DNA of 40,292 nt from Octopus bimaculoides (lineage: Eukaryota): the NCBI RefSeq assembly GCF_001194135.2, contig NC_068985.1, forward strand, positions 95,726,246 to 95,766,537. Reading direction: 5' to 3'. This document shows positions 21,989 to 33,983 of the stretch, one piece after another. The position numbers and the translations under genes were made by a program. The notes beneath the pieces are model-generated. The model searched no databases, was not told the origin of the DNA, and saw nothing but the letters and a program-made list of their open reading frames with translations. Position 1 is the stretch's first letter; each line of letters starts with the position of its first letter.

Positions 21989-22067
21989 GAATAATAATAA
22001 ATGGAGCAAAACGCATATAATAAGGAACTTATTGATTTTATGCGTTTTGCTCCATTTATTATTATTC
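21989..22067. repeat. 79-nt hairpin with perfect 29-bp arms
   Basis: GAATAATAATAAATGGAGCAAAACGCATA (21989-22017) pairs with TATGCGTTTTGCTCCATTTATTATTATTC (22039-22067). Confidence 0.95.
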
Positions 22068-23025
22068 TATATATGTATATATATATATTATTTTGCTGCA
22101 TGTGTCTGTCAAGCAAAAAGTTGTCTACAGTATGTTCATAACGATTGCGTAACATGCAGCTGATGTCGGAAAAGCTTGCAATACTACACACATTGAAATA
22201 TATTGAGGTGGAAACGTGTATACATCTTTGACTGTAAAGATCTTTTTAAATCTTTCCAATCAATAAAACTTTTTCAAATTTGCGTAAATTTTTTTTTTAA
22301 TTTTCATAAAATTTTTTTTCAAATTTTCTACACTGACGTGATTTTGTTCGCTGACGGCGAAAATTATATTCATTATTTTTCCGGAAATTATCACATTCAT
22401 TTTTTCAACAAAAATTGAAAAGGATTCATTGTAAAGTCTATCAAAACATATGTAAGGTACCTAAAGCAGGCTAAGAGAACTTTTGTCAAGTACGATGAGT
22501 CTTATAATAGTCTGATGGTCTTGCTTGGACACAAGTGGACAGCCATAATATATGTAATAACGGTTTCAAATTTTAGCCCAAGTTCGAAGGAAGGGATTCA
22601 ACTAGTACTTATTTTATCGATTCCGAAGAGATGAAAGGCTAAGTCGGTCACGGCGGAATTTGAACTCAGAACGTGAAAACGGACGCATCGTGTATGTAAT
22701 AATGCGCATAAACATGTATGTGTGTGTATACATACACATATACAGCGCATCTGTTTAGACGTACGTGTGGAGAACATACAGAAACACACACACACAGATT
22801 CACACAAATTAAACACGGTGGTGATATACAAAATTACGACCATATTCAGGAGAGAGAAATCTATGGTATTGTTATAAGTGTGTGTGTGTGTGTGTGGTGA
22901 CCCTCCCCCCCCACCCTCATAGGTGAGGTTTTTGTAGTTCAGCGTTTGTCACCGAATTTAATCAGAAACCAGTATTGTGTCAACCATTTTGATGATACAA
23001 AGCAAAGCTCAAAAGAATCTTTCTC

Positions 23026-23293
23026 ATCGGCGCAGGCATGGCTGTGTGGTTAAGAAACTCGCTTCCCCAACCACGTGGTTTTGGGTTCAGGTCCATTGCG
23101 CAGCACCTTGGGTAAAACTTCGGTAATTTTTTCAGATTAACACCCGCACGATTACCTAATCCTAACCCTAACCCCCTAGTGAAATTCGTGCGGGTGTTAA
23201 TCTGAAAAATTACCAAAACTTCTACCATATCCCAGGTCGACCAATACCACGTGAGTGAATTTGGTAGACGGAAACTGTACGGAAGCCTATCGT
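23026..23293 (+). mobile_element. SINE family B interrupted by a 93-bp insertion
   Basis: The family B head and tail are collinear on either side of 23122-23214. Confidence 0.8.
23122..23214. mobile_element. 93-bp MITE with 29-30-bp TIRs, telomere-like core and a perfect 8-bp TSD
   Basis: TIRs GGTAATTTTTTCAGATTAACACCCGCACGA and TCGTGCGGGTGTTAATCTGAAAAATTACC; core CCTAATCCTAACCCTAACCCCCTA; TSD AAAACTTC at 23114-23121 and 23215-23222. Confidence 0.9.
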
Positions 23294-23300
23294 GTGTGTA

Positions 23301-23344
<44 letters not shown>

Positions 23345-24191
23345 GTTGCTATTATGTTAAACAGTCGTATTTCCACATTTGGCCAAATGCGTTCTTTTTC
23401 GGTATTTAATTTTGTTTGCAATAGCCGGTTCTTTTGCTCGAATTATCATATCTTCAGCTGCTTCAGATGCCAAGATATCAAAAATTGTCGAAGTGTAGTA
23501 CAACGGTTTTCCTATGGAATGGTAAAAACTATTTTTACGTTTTCTGAAAAAGCAACGTTTTGGACTAAGCATTTCGCCCGGCGTGTTAGCGATTCTGCCA
23601 GCTCGCTGTCTTATTCAACGCTGTTATATTAAAACTCATTTTCTTCGCTGACACTTGATTTAAACTTGTACTTCATGACTTTTACAAGAACATGTGCAGC
23701 TTGGCTATTTTGAGTTTTAGTAACATAGAGAAGAAGAGGCCTATATATGACGGACCTCTTTCAGTTTCCGTCCATCAAATCTACTCACAAGACTGGTCGG
23801 CCCAGGGTTATAGTAGAAGACACTGCCCAAGGAGCCACACAGTGGGACTGAATCTGAAACCTTGTCGTCGAAAACCAAATTTTCCTTACCTGCATCTGTA
23901 AGGAGTAACATTCTAAACACTGCCAATATGCTCTCTTTGAAGTTGAACCGTCTCTAGTTATGCTTTATTGAATTCTACAAGGCTTTTGGTCTGATTCCGG
24001 TGGTCAATCCTAATATCAGTACAAGAATTACTAAATTACTAATGATGACTAATACAGAGTGAGGCAGAAATATCTCCCATATTTTACACGACCATTAGTT
24101 TGGCGCTACCTAAGCTAGACAGGTGATAATGGTGTCTTCATGTTGCTAACGTTTTACCATGTTTTCCTATTTAGTTACCATCGTGACTTAC

Positions 24192-24270
24192 ATCGGTGCA
24201 GATTATACATTTGCTGATAAAACGTTTATTAAGAATGGTAAATCTGAGGTGGTTTTTGCCGCTTCCTATA
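24192..24270 (-). other. candidate internal exon
   Basis: Minus strand reads CCTTTGTTCTTGTTAG| 79 nt |GTAAGTC, with the open frame IGSGKNHLRFTILNKRFISKCIICTD. Unverified. Confidence 0.2.
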
Positions 24271-25877
24271 CTAACAAGAACAAAGGTCTGACGCTCGCCT
24301 ACGAGAAATAGCAACCAAATCTCCCTAAAATTACACTGCCGCCTTATATTGTGCAAGAATACATTGGATAATGAATTCCTTAATAAACAGTGTGAAAAAA
24401 AGACGGGATGGCCACGAAAGGAACGTCTTTGATCATAACACAATAAACGGTGACCTCGAGCGAAACGACAAGTATTTAGTTTATCGAACCCGGAGAAATA
24501 AAAGAGGGGTAAGTCAACCCTAGTGTGATTCGAACCCAGATGAGTAGGACGACGAAATCACGGTAAACTTTAAGATAGCAATAACAATTACAAAGGCAGC
24601 AAACTGGTAGACTAGTTAACATGCCGGACAAAATGCTTATCGGCATTTCTTCCGGGTTTTATAAACTGCCGATGTCTGCTTTCCTCTCTTCATTTCGGGT
24701 TCGATAAAATAAGTATCAGTCGAGTACTGGGGATCGCTGTAATTGATTCGCCCCTCCTTTCAAGATTTCAGGCCTTGCGCCTATAGTAGAAAATAATAAC
24801 TATCATATGATATGAGAATCTGAAACAACTACGCCAGAAGTAAAGAAAAGGAACGAAGGGAAACGCTACACCGGAGACTCTCGACTTTTTTTTGGTTACA
24901 GTTTTATTCCGACAGACCCCCCCCCCCCCCCCATAGCCATTCGATGTTTAAAAACTAGTCTTATAGACACTTCTTTCAAAATTCCTATTTTGTTTTGCAC
25001 CCATTCACTTGTGTGCGTTTGAAATTGCATTCACTTCAGAGAACAATGTTTCGGTGGCTGGAAACATATTAAACGATAAAACGTTAGAGAAAGAAATCTA
25101 GTTGTGTTCTTGCAATAATTATATCTAAGACGAAATTTTACCATGGGCCCCTAATTTACTGTTTTGCTTATGTGAACCTCCAAAAAATTTTAAAGAGACT
25201 TCCAGCGGTCATGTGAATTCTGGCTGAGAACCATTGCTGTACACGATCGCTAGACCTACTAGAAATAACAGCGAAGTCTCTCTCAAATTACACCCTCGTT
25301 AAAGCAAAACAGAATAGAAGCAAATAAAAAACGAAATGGTATACTTAGCAACCGAATAATGTAATCTCCCAGTGATAAATAGAAAAAGAAATGTATATAG
25401 AGAAATGGTTCTGATCATAGGTTTACTCAAACAAGGTTGACCGGGGGTTAAATAACAGCAACACAAGCAAATGAAATCGTACTAACAATAACAACAGCCG
25501 CCACTGCAGATCGTAACGTTAGAACAATCACAGCAACAACGACATTTAAACAACTGCTGTCGCAACAACTTCAGAAACTGCATTAACAACAATGACGACA
25601 GCGTTAGCAATTGCTGTCGCAATAGCGACAATAAATAGCCTTAACAACAACAACAACAACAAAAGTAGCAGTGACAAGAGCAGAAACAGCAGCAGCAGCA
25701 GCAGCAATTGCAGTGACGCGAACAACAACAATACTAGCAACTGCTCTCGCAACACAACAGCAGCAGTAGCATGAGCGATTGCTAGCGACGACATTTACAA
25801 CTACTGTCGCAGCTTGTGACAGCCAAAGTCACACTAACGAAACGATCGCAGTCGTAGAAGAAACGGCACATTTTTTT

Positions 25878-26352
25878 TCTTTTCTACTCTAGGCACAAGG
25901 CCTGAAATTTTGAGGGAAGAGAGCCAGTCGATTAGATCGACTCCAGTATGCAACTGCTACTAATTTATCGAAAGGATGAAACGCAAAGTCGACCTCGGCG
26001 GAATTTGAACTCAGAACGTAACGGCAGACGAAATACCGCTAGGCATTANNNNNNNNNNCTCAGAACGTAAAGACAGACGAAATACCACTTAGCATTTCGC
26101 CCGGCATGCTAACGTTTCTTATTTCTTTACTGCCCACAAGGGGCTAAACACAGAGGGGGACAAACAAGGACAGACAAAGGGATAAAGTCGATTACATCGA
26201 TCCCAGTGCGTAACTGGTACTTAATTTATCAACCCAGAAAGAATGAAAGGCAAAGTCGACCTCGGCGGAATTTGAACTCAGAACGTAACGGCAGACGAAA
26301 TACCGCTAGGCATTATCGCCCGGCGTGCTAACGTTTCTATCAGCTCACCACC
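25878..26352 (-). mobile_element. cluster of near-consensus family A SINEs around a 10-N gap
   Basis: Three overlapping or partial family A copies in the same orientation. Confidence 0.85.
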
Positions 26353-26726
26353 TTAGCAGAAACGACACATTACCAGATGTATTAGTGACAATGAATTCTA
26401 CAAAATCACCTTCAATTTTTGTGCCGCTTTAATGACAACCAATATGGCTTTCGTAACGCCTAATCCGTTGGAGACCTACTCTTGCGTGTCACTCGCCAGT
26501 AACCTCTCGCCCTCGAGAAATTTTAGTGAAAGCAACGTTGCTGCCCTCAACACAAGCAAAACTTTTAAACGTGTTTGGCACGCGAGTCGCCTGTCAAAAT
26601 TGCTCGCCTTTGTACTCCATCGCCAAACAAGTAGACACAAGAACGTGTGCGAGTCTAAATGTATGTATGTATGTATGTATGTATCTACCTATCTATCTAT
26701 CTATCTATCTATTTATCTTTTCTTTT

Positions 26727-26935
26727 ATTCGTTTCTTTAACTTGTTTCAGTCATTTGACAGCGGTCATGCTGGAGCACCGCCTTAAGTCGAGCAAATCGA
26801 CCCCAGGACTTATTCTTTGTAAGCCTAGTACTTATTTTAGCGGTCTCTTTTGCCGAACCGCTAAGGTACGGAGACGTAAACACAACAGCATCGGTTGTCA
26901 ATCGATGTTGGGGGGACAAACACAGACACACAAAC
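26727..26935 (-). mobile_element. family C retroposon
   Basis: Reverse complement of 11815-12011. Further copies lie at 36735-36950 (+) and 39470-39630 (+). Confidence 0.85.
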
Positions 26936-28092
26936 ATATACACACACAGACTGGCCTTCGTCTTCAGAGCCAGAAAATACGCATCCGAACGACATTCAAA
27001 TATCAAAGAACGATATTGTCAAACTAAAAGAGAAGGTTTTAATGCAATCTAGCTAAGCATACGAACCAGTTTCTCGCATACATCGATCTTCAAAATACAT
27101 CGATCTTCAAACAACTATTTACTAACTCTCTACAAATTTTCCAGTGAAGCCCACAATAGCATACTTCCCCTACAACCGGGAGGGTGATGCTGCTACATAC
27201 ACAGACAAGAATCGCAGATCGTATTCAAAGGCCGCTCGGCTGATTGGCACGAACTCGTTCACTAATGCTCACCAACTCCAATCCACACACATACTATGTC
27301 CTCTCTCTGTCTTGTCTACCGTTACTACAGTGGCTTCTGCTTTTCCGATCTGCTTATCTATGCTACTTCCACTCAAACGTTACTGGCTCACTCTTTTCTG
27401 CTCTATTAAGCTATATGCAGTTTATATGTGTGTGACCTTGTGGTTAGGGTGTAGAACTCACGATCGTAAGGATGTGTTTTCGATTCCCGGGCCGAGTGGT
27501 GCGTTGTTTTCTTGAACAAAACACTTTATTTCACGGTGTTCCAGGCAATGCAGCTTTCNNNNNNNNNNNNNNNNNNNNNNNNNNNNNNNNNNNNNNNNNN
27601 NNNNNNNNNNNNNNNNNNNNNNNNNNNNNNNNNNNNNNNNNCTCTCTCTCTGCTGTGTTTACCCTTAGTCTTTTCTTCCCAGAACGCTATGGCCTTAATA
27701 GCATCGATCTTGCCAGTCCCAGAGGGTCTCTGGGAAAGTCTATTATAAATTTGAGTGATGTTTCTCTGTCCGTTACGTTTTTATGTTCGTTAACACCTCC
27801 AAGACCGTTGGTGCAAGAACAACGAAACCCAAACCAGCTTCACCCCTAATCCCAGTGAATGTCCTAAGGAGGGGAGGGTCTATTCTTTTAAGGGCCGCCC
27901 AACTGCAGTCCCACTGACCCCCCCCCCACCTACTTTTATTACATTTACTTTGCTTATACGCTTACCTCGCTCACACTATGATCAACATCAATGCTTAGCA
28001 CATTTGCAGAAATAAGTTTAGGCTAATCAAGATAAAGAGTTATAACAGGTAGTGTGGATATTTATATTTTGTAGTTTATGAAACTTATGTCT

Positions 28093-28126
<34 letters not shown>

Positions 28127-29114
28127 AAAGGGATACTAAATACAATAGTCATTTTGACTGATGTCTTGACAGTTCTGCGGAGCCAATGCCGAGCTGATAT
28201 CTTTTTAAGGTATTCTACACGTGAAACGAATTATAATAAAAGACCGTCTTTAAAAAAAAAAAAGGTTACATGAGACAATGTTGATTGGGATACACTATCC
28301 TCTAAGAAAACACGGTATGGCGGTATGGTCATGTCTGGAACGGCTTTGAATCATTATCACTTTTATGATAATAACCCGAGGCAGATCAAATGCATATCTC
28401 AAGAGGAGACAATATCAAATATCTACTGTTGATCAGGTACAGGAGAATTTGAACGGCTCGTACGAGTTTTCGAAACCGAGTCACTCTTTTGATACTAGCT
28501 CGCTTGAGGTCGATAAACTTTAAATTCCGTTTGTTGCGGTTGTGACGGAGTCAGCGGGGGAGACATCTTTGGCACGAATTAAGCAAGACACTTGTGCGTG
28601 TCTGTCTATTTTGTGTCTTTTGTGTATACATACATGTATACAGGTATACACACATACAGAATCAGGTTCATCCATATAACGACAATTGCTGATTACATGG
28701 TACAATCATATCTGTATAAGCATTTTGGTTCTAGGTATCTCCTCATTATTTGAAGATTTTCAGGAAATCATTAGCAGTCTATTCATATCTGAACTTAACG
28801 TAATTTAGCAGGTGATACTCTGGTCGATGACAAGTAAAAGATGGCGAGCTATGAGAATTGGAAGATGTGCTTTGCGGAATTCCTTCTCGCTCTTTTACGT
28901 TCTGGGTTTCGATCCTGCCGTGGTCAACTTGCCTTTCATCTTTTTAGGTCAAGTAATTCCATCGATCCTTTAGATCAATGGAATCATCTAACTCCTTCCT
29001 CTCGAAATTGCTGGCCTTGAGCTTAAATCAGAAACCATTTTTGTCGATGTAAAGAAAGAAAGAAAGAAAGAAAGAGAAATATTCTGGTACGCCATTAAAT
29101 CTATGCTTAACAAT

Positions 29115-29512
29115 ATTCTTTCCTATTCTAAGCACAAGGCCCGAAATTTTTGGAGAAAGAGCCAGTCGATTAGATCGACCCCAGTATGCAACTGGTACTT
29201 AATTTATCGACCCTGAAAGGATGAAAGGCAAAGTCGACCTCGGCGGAAATTGAACTCAGAACGTAGCGGCAGACGAAATACCGCTAAGCATTTCGTCCGG
29301 CGTGCTAACGTTTCTGCCAGTTCACCGCATTTATGCTTAACAATATTACAGGCGCGTCTTTACGTTCTGAGTTCAAATTCCGCCGAGGTCGACTTTGCCT
29401 TTCATCTTTTCGGGGTCGGTAAATTAAGTACCAGTTGAACACTGGGGTCGATGTAATTGACTCACCTCTCTCCCCTGAAAATGCTGGCCTTGTGACAAAA
29501 TTTGAGACCAAT
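29115..29512. mobile_element. back-to-back inverted family A SINE pair
   Basis: Minus copy at 29115-29328 and plus copy at 29357-29512. Confidence 0.85.
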
Positions 29513-29516
29513 ATTA

Positions 29517-29780
29517 CAGGCTTGTGGTTAGTGATCTGGGTGTTACACTCACGATCGCAAGATCGTGGTTTCGATTCCCAGACCGGGTGGTGCTTTGTGT
29601 CCTTGAGCAAAGCACTTAATTTCTCACTGGTCCAGCCCACTCCGCTGTAAATGAGAAACCTTGCAACGGAAAGGCATCCCGTTCAGCAGGGGGAATGTTG
29701 TGATCTCGGTCACTTATATGTACACCACGGAAAACGAGTAACCGGCCCTATGAGTCCTTTGGGACTCAAGACAATATTTA
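29517..29780 (+). mobile_element. tRNA-derived SINE, family E
   Basis: B-box GGTTTCGATTCC followed by GTGTCCTTGAGCAAAGCACTTAA. A head fragment of the same family lies at 27430-27545. Confidence 0.7.
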
Positions 29781-30620
29781 CTTAATATTACGCAACAGAA
29801 AAGTTTCACATTAAATCACACAAAACATATTGAAAGTGCACGACAGAATATTTGGGTTTCAATGTGTTTCATTGTTTCAAATCAGGGAGATAAACCGATG
29901 GAGAATAAGATTCGTGCTGTTTCCTTTTGAACGTCCAACAACTCTAAAAATTAGGTTTCGAGGATTACTCAAGTTTTTTAGGCTGTTTCATAATACATTT
30001 AGTGTTTAAGACATATAAAACGAAAACTGGCACAAAATAAAACTGGAGAGATTTCATTCGTATAGTAAACAAGAAGGAAAATTTGGGGAGTTAAACTATT
30101 GCAAAACATCACGCACAATATTATCACTACTTAACACAAAGCTTTATCTTATGTGTAAGGCTTGTCCTGTCGGATTGGACGCCATATTGATACATGACTT
30201 CAATGGCGAACATTACGTTATTTATTACGCATCCGAACCACATTCAAATATCAAAGAACGGTATTGTCAAACTAAAAGAGAAAGTTTTAATGCAATCTAG
30301 CTAAGCATATGAACAAATTTCTCGCATATATCGATCGAGTTTGCCCCTCCAGAAGATTTTCTTAAATTTCTCCTAAATGTCTTAAACGTCCATGTTTGTT
30401 TTCAGATTTTTAATTCGCCCTTGTTTCATACGTTCTGAGTAATGTTGGTTTTACATTTTCGCACCAGTGCTCGGCTGATACTAATTTTATTGACCTCCGA
30501 AAGGATGAAAGGCAAAGTCGACCTCGGTGGAATTTTAATTCAGAACGTAAAGACGGACGAAATGCCGCTAAGCTTTTTGCCCGGCATGCTAACGATTGTA
30601 TCATCTCACAACCCTACATC

Positions 30621-30766
30621 CAGGGCCGGCTCGAGGTACCGGGACGTCATGTGCTAGAGGGCGCCAAGGAGGGCGTAACAAAGACAGAGAAATTTCCACA
30701 ACCGTCAGTTTGTACACGCCGATGTTCAGCTTTCCCGGGGCGCCAGCAACCCTAGGGCTGGCCCTG
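30621..30766. mobile_element. hAT-like MITE (CAGGGCCGGC ends)
   Basis: CAGGGCCGGC...GCTGGCCCTG, with flanks CCTACATC and CCAACATC (7 of 8 positions, a degenerate TSD). Confidence 0.7.
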
Positions 30767-32071
30767 CCAACATCTTAAGTAAAATAAAGCCTTCCTTTCA
30801 TCAGTCCCGAATTACTCTGGTGGTTGAAAAAAATTGGTAATGGATATCATTTATGATGCATAGACGCCGGAGAAATATGTCTTGTGTATCACGTGATCCA
30901 CAGAACAGGCAAAGGGTTATTAACGCTATGAAGGACAATCAATCACTATAAAACGTTATTTGGAGAAAAGAGAAAATCTTTGTAAAGAATATCTAGGAAG
31001 GAATTCACAATAACCAACTGCAGTTTATAACAGGTTTCCGCAATCCTGTAGATGTACTGCTACATCAGCTAATCCCAGCAGCAGATTAAGTTGCAAAAGA
31101 TAATTACTGTGAACGAAATGTCAATTTTGTAATTGTAAATGTATTTCTTAAAGCTTTATCTAATTTGCTGAAACATTCAAAGGAAAACTGATCAGCACAA
31201 ACCAATAAAAGCACTGCGGAGCGTTATTAAACAGAAAACTTCAACTGATCGACCTTTGCTTATAAAGAAAGAACCTAGGCGATCTTACGGTACGAATCCA
31301 AAATATCGGTCTTTTCCGTAAAAAGTGTCTTCGGCCCTCTTTACTAAAGATCGGCCTTTTCCGTAACACCCGCACGATCTTCACTACGACGTCGAGGGTT
31401 CCAGTTGATCCGATCAACGGAACAGCCTGCTCGTGAAATTAACGTGCAAGTGGCTGAGCACTCCACAGACACGTGTACCCTTAACATAGTTCTCGAGGAT
31501 ATTCAGCGTGACACAGTGTGACAAGGCTGACCCTTTGAATTACAGGCACAACAGAAACAGGAAGAAAGAGTGAGAGAAAGTTGTGGTGGTGAAAGAGTAC
31601 AGCAGGGTTCACCACCNNNNNNNNNNNNNNNNNNNNNNNNNNNNNNNNNNNNNNNNNNNNNNNNNNNNNNNNNNNNNNNNNNNNNNNNNNNNNNNNNNNN
31701 NNNNNNNNNNNNNNNNNNNNNNNNNNNNNNNNNNNNNNNNNNNNNNNNNNNNNNNNNNNNNNNNNNNNNNNNNNNNNNNNNNNNNNNNNNNNNNNNNNNN
31801 NNNNNNNNNNNNNNNNNNNNNNNNNNNNNNNNNNNNNNNNNNNNNNNNNNNNNNNNNNNNNNNNNNNNNNNNNNNNNNNNNNNNNNNNNNNNNNNNNNNN
31901 NNNNNNNNNNNNNNNNNNNNNNNNNNNNNNNNNNNNNNNNNNNNNNNNNNNNNNNNNNNNNNNNNNNNNNNNNNNNNNNNNNNNNNNNNNNNNNNNNNNN
32001 NNNNNNNNNGGAAAGACTTCCTGAGCTCCGAGTTACGCTCCCTGTCGAGTAACCTTACTCCAGAGATCCTT

Positions 32072-32958
32072 TAGTAGTTCCCAAACTTTTTTCAGGCTGC
32101 CGCCCCCTTGGCACCCAGACCACATTCCTAGCATCCTCTCCAACCCTCCCCACCACAAATATAAACCACTTTCTGCAGCAAATTCAAAACAACTATTTCA
32201 CAAATAAAACTTAAACCTAATTGACCTATTAATATTCTTTTTCACATTTTCACCCCATTTTGGCCACGCCATTATCATCCCACTTTTCTTCAACACCCCC
32301 TGGATATTTATTTCCACCGTTCCGAAAGGAGCAGTACTGCCCACTTTGGGAACCATTGCTTTAGAGGAACCCCATTTCGGCCGCTTGTATTCGCGATCGT
32401 ACTCTTCCAGTCATAACGCAACATTCATGTTGGATGACCATTGTCATCTTCAAAAATCGACAAACACGAAAGGACCAACGAAACTTTAATTTGGCTTAAT
32501 TTCTCATGAAGTCAATAAGAGAAGAGGCGAAGCGATCTTTTAGATGGTTGAAAACACTCACATTAGATTATATCTAACGTGAAGCAATGTAGCTCGAGAA
32601 AAAGCAAGCGTTCGAATAACGATAAACCGATATTTGTCGAAAGCTTAAACGTGAATCAAGTTTACAGAATGGATCAACCCAGTAATTCCCAAACTTTTTC
32701 AGGCTGTCGCCCCCTTGGTGCCCAGGCCACATTCCTAGCACCTCATCCTCAACCCACTCACCACCACAAATATTGACCACTTTCTGCATCAAATTCAAAT
32801 TCAATCTGTATTTTACTAAACCTAATTAACTCATTATCTTGTTTTTATATCCATCACCCCCTTCTAGCCACCCCGTTATCGCCCCCAGTTTTCTTCAGTG
32901 CCCTTGGATCTTTTCCCCGCTCTCAGACGGACAGTACCACTCAATTTTGGTATCACTG
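32072..32958 (+). mobile_element. two further copies of the CAGTGGTTCCCAAAC MITE (32072-32358, 32680-32958)
   Basis: TIR-like ends and internal homology to 16671-16961. Confidence 0.8.
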
Positions 32959-33020
32959 GATTAATCTATTAAAGTGTTCAACGAGGATAATTATCTCAAG
33001 AGAGTGAACCTGGCCAATAA

Positions 33021-33530
33021 TTGTTTCTACTCTAGGCACAAGGCCAGACATCTTGGGGGAAGGGGGCTAGTCGATTAGAATGACCCCAGTATGCAACTGG
33101 TACTTAATTTATCGACCCAGAATGGATGAAAGGCAAAGTCGTCCTCGGCAGAATTTGAACTCGGAACGTAAAGACAGACGAAATACCGCTAAGTATTTCG
33201 CCCGCGTATATCAACATCAATGAATAAGAGCATACCAACGATCCAATAGTCTTTAATATAAATGCACAAGAGTTCTCTTCGTAGCGCAATCAGTTATATT
33301 GTTCGGTAGTTAACTGAGAGACTGATGGTTCAAGTCCACCCACGGACGTAGCACGCTGAGCAAAATGCTTAGCGGGATTTCTTCCCTTTTTACGTTCTGA
33401 GTTCAAATTCTGATGAGGTCAACTTCACCTTTTACCCTTTTGGAGTCGAGAAAATAAGTACCAGTTGAGCACTGGGGTCGATGTAATCGACTTACCCACT
33501 CGACCAAAATTTCAGACCTTGTGCCTGTTA
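33021..33530. mobile_element. inverted family A SINE pair flanking the tRNA pseudogene
   Basis: Minus copy at 33021-33205 and plus copy at 33350-33530. Confidence 0.8.
33275..33348 (+). pseudogene. degenerate tRNA-Asn(GUU)
   Basis: CTCTTCG-TA-GCGC-AATCAGTTA..TTCGG-TA-GTT-AA-CTGAG..GATGG-TTCAAGT-CCACC-CACGGAC-G aligns along its whole length with eukaryotic tRNA-Asn. Anticodon GTT is at 33309-33311. The acceptor and D stems are broken. Confidence 0.75.
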
Positions 33531-33859
33531 CAGAACATGTGGTTGAGAAGAAAACTGCTTACAAGACAGCCACGCCTATATATAGGTCTGTGTGTGTGTG
33601 TGTGTGTGTGTGGGCTCATAATTCATATCGTGACCTGGAAAGCTCGAATCAACTTATCCATGTAAATAGCAGGTAAAAACTCCCCCTGCACAAGCTTAAA
33701 ATTATAAAATAAGGAAATTAACTCCAATGAACTCAGTAATTGAAATATATATAGATATATATGTACACACGTATTAATTATATACACACTCTTACGCATA
33801 TACACGCGCGTCAATATGTGGTCTGCGTAAAAGAGTATTCGGTTTGTATGGGCATTCGT

Positions 33860-33868
33860 TTCAATGTA

Positions 33869-33914
<46 letters not shown>

Positions 33915-33947
33915 GTATATATGTATTTATATATATATATATATTTT

Positions 33948-33983
<36 letters not shown>

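Noticed and set aside
23357-23511. Minus-strand frame GKPLYYTSTIFDILASEAAEDMIIRAKEP after a plausible acceptor
   Set aside because: There is no credible donor and no recognisable homolog. The opposite strand is open as well, so it cannot be distinguished from chance.
25546-25794. Asn/Ser-rich and Leu-rich ORFs
   Set aside because: They derive from an (AAC/AGC)n low-complexity tract.
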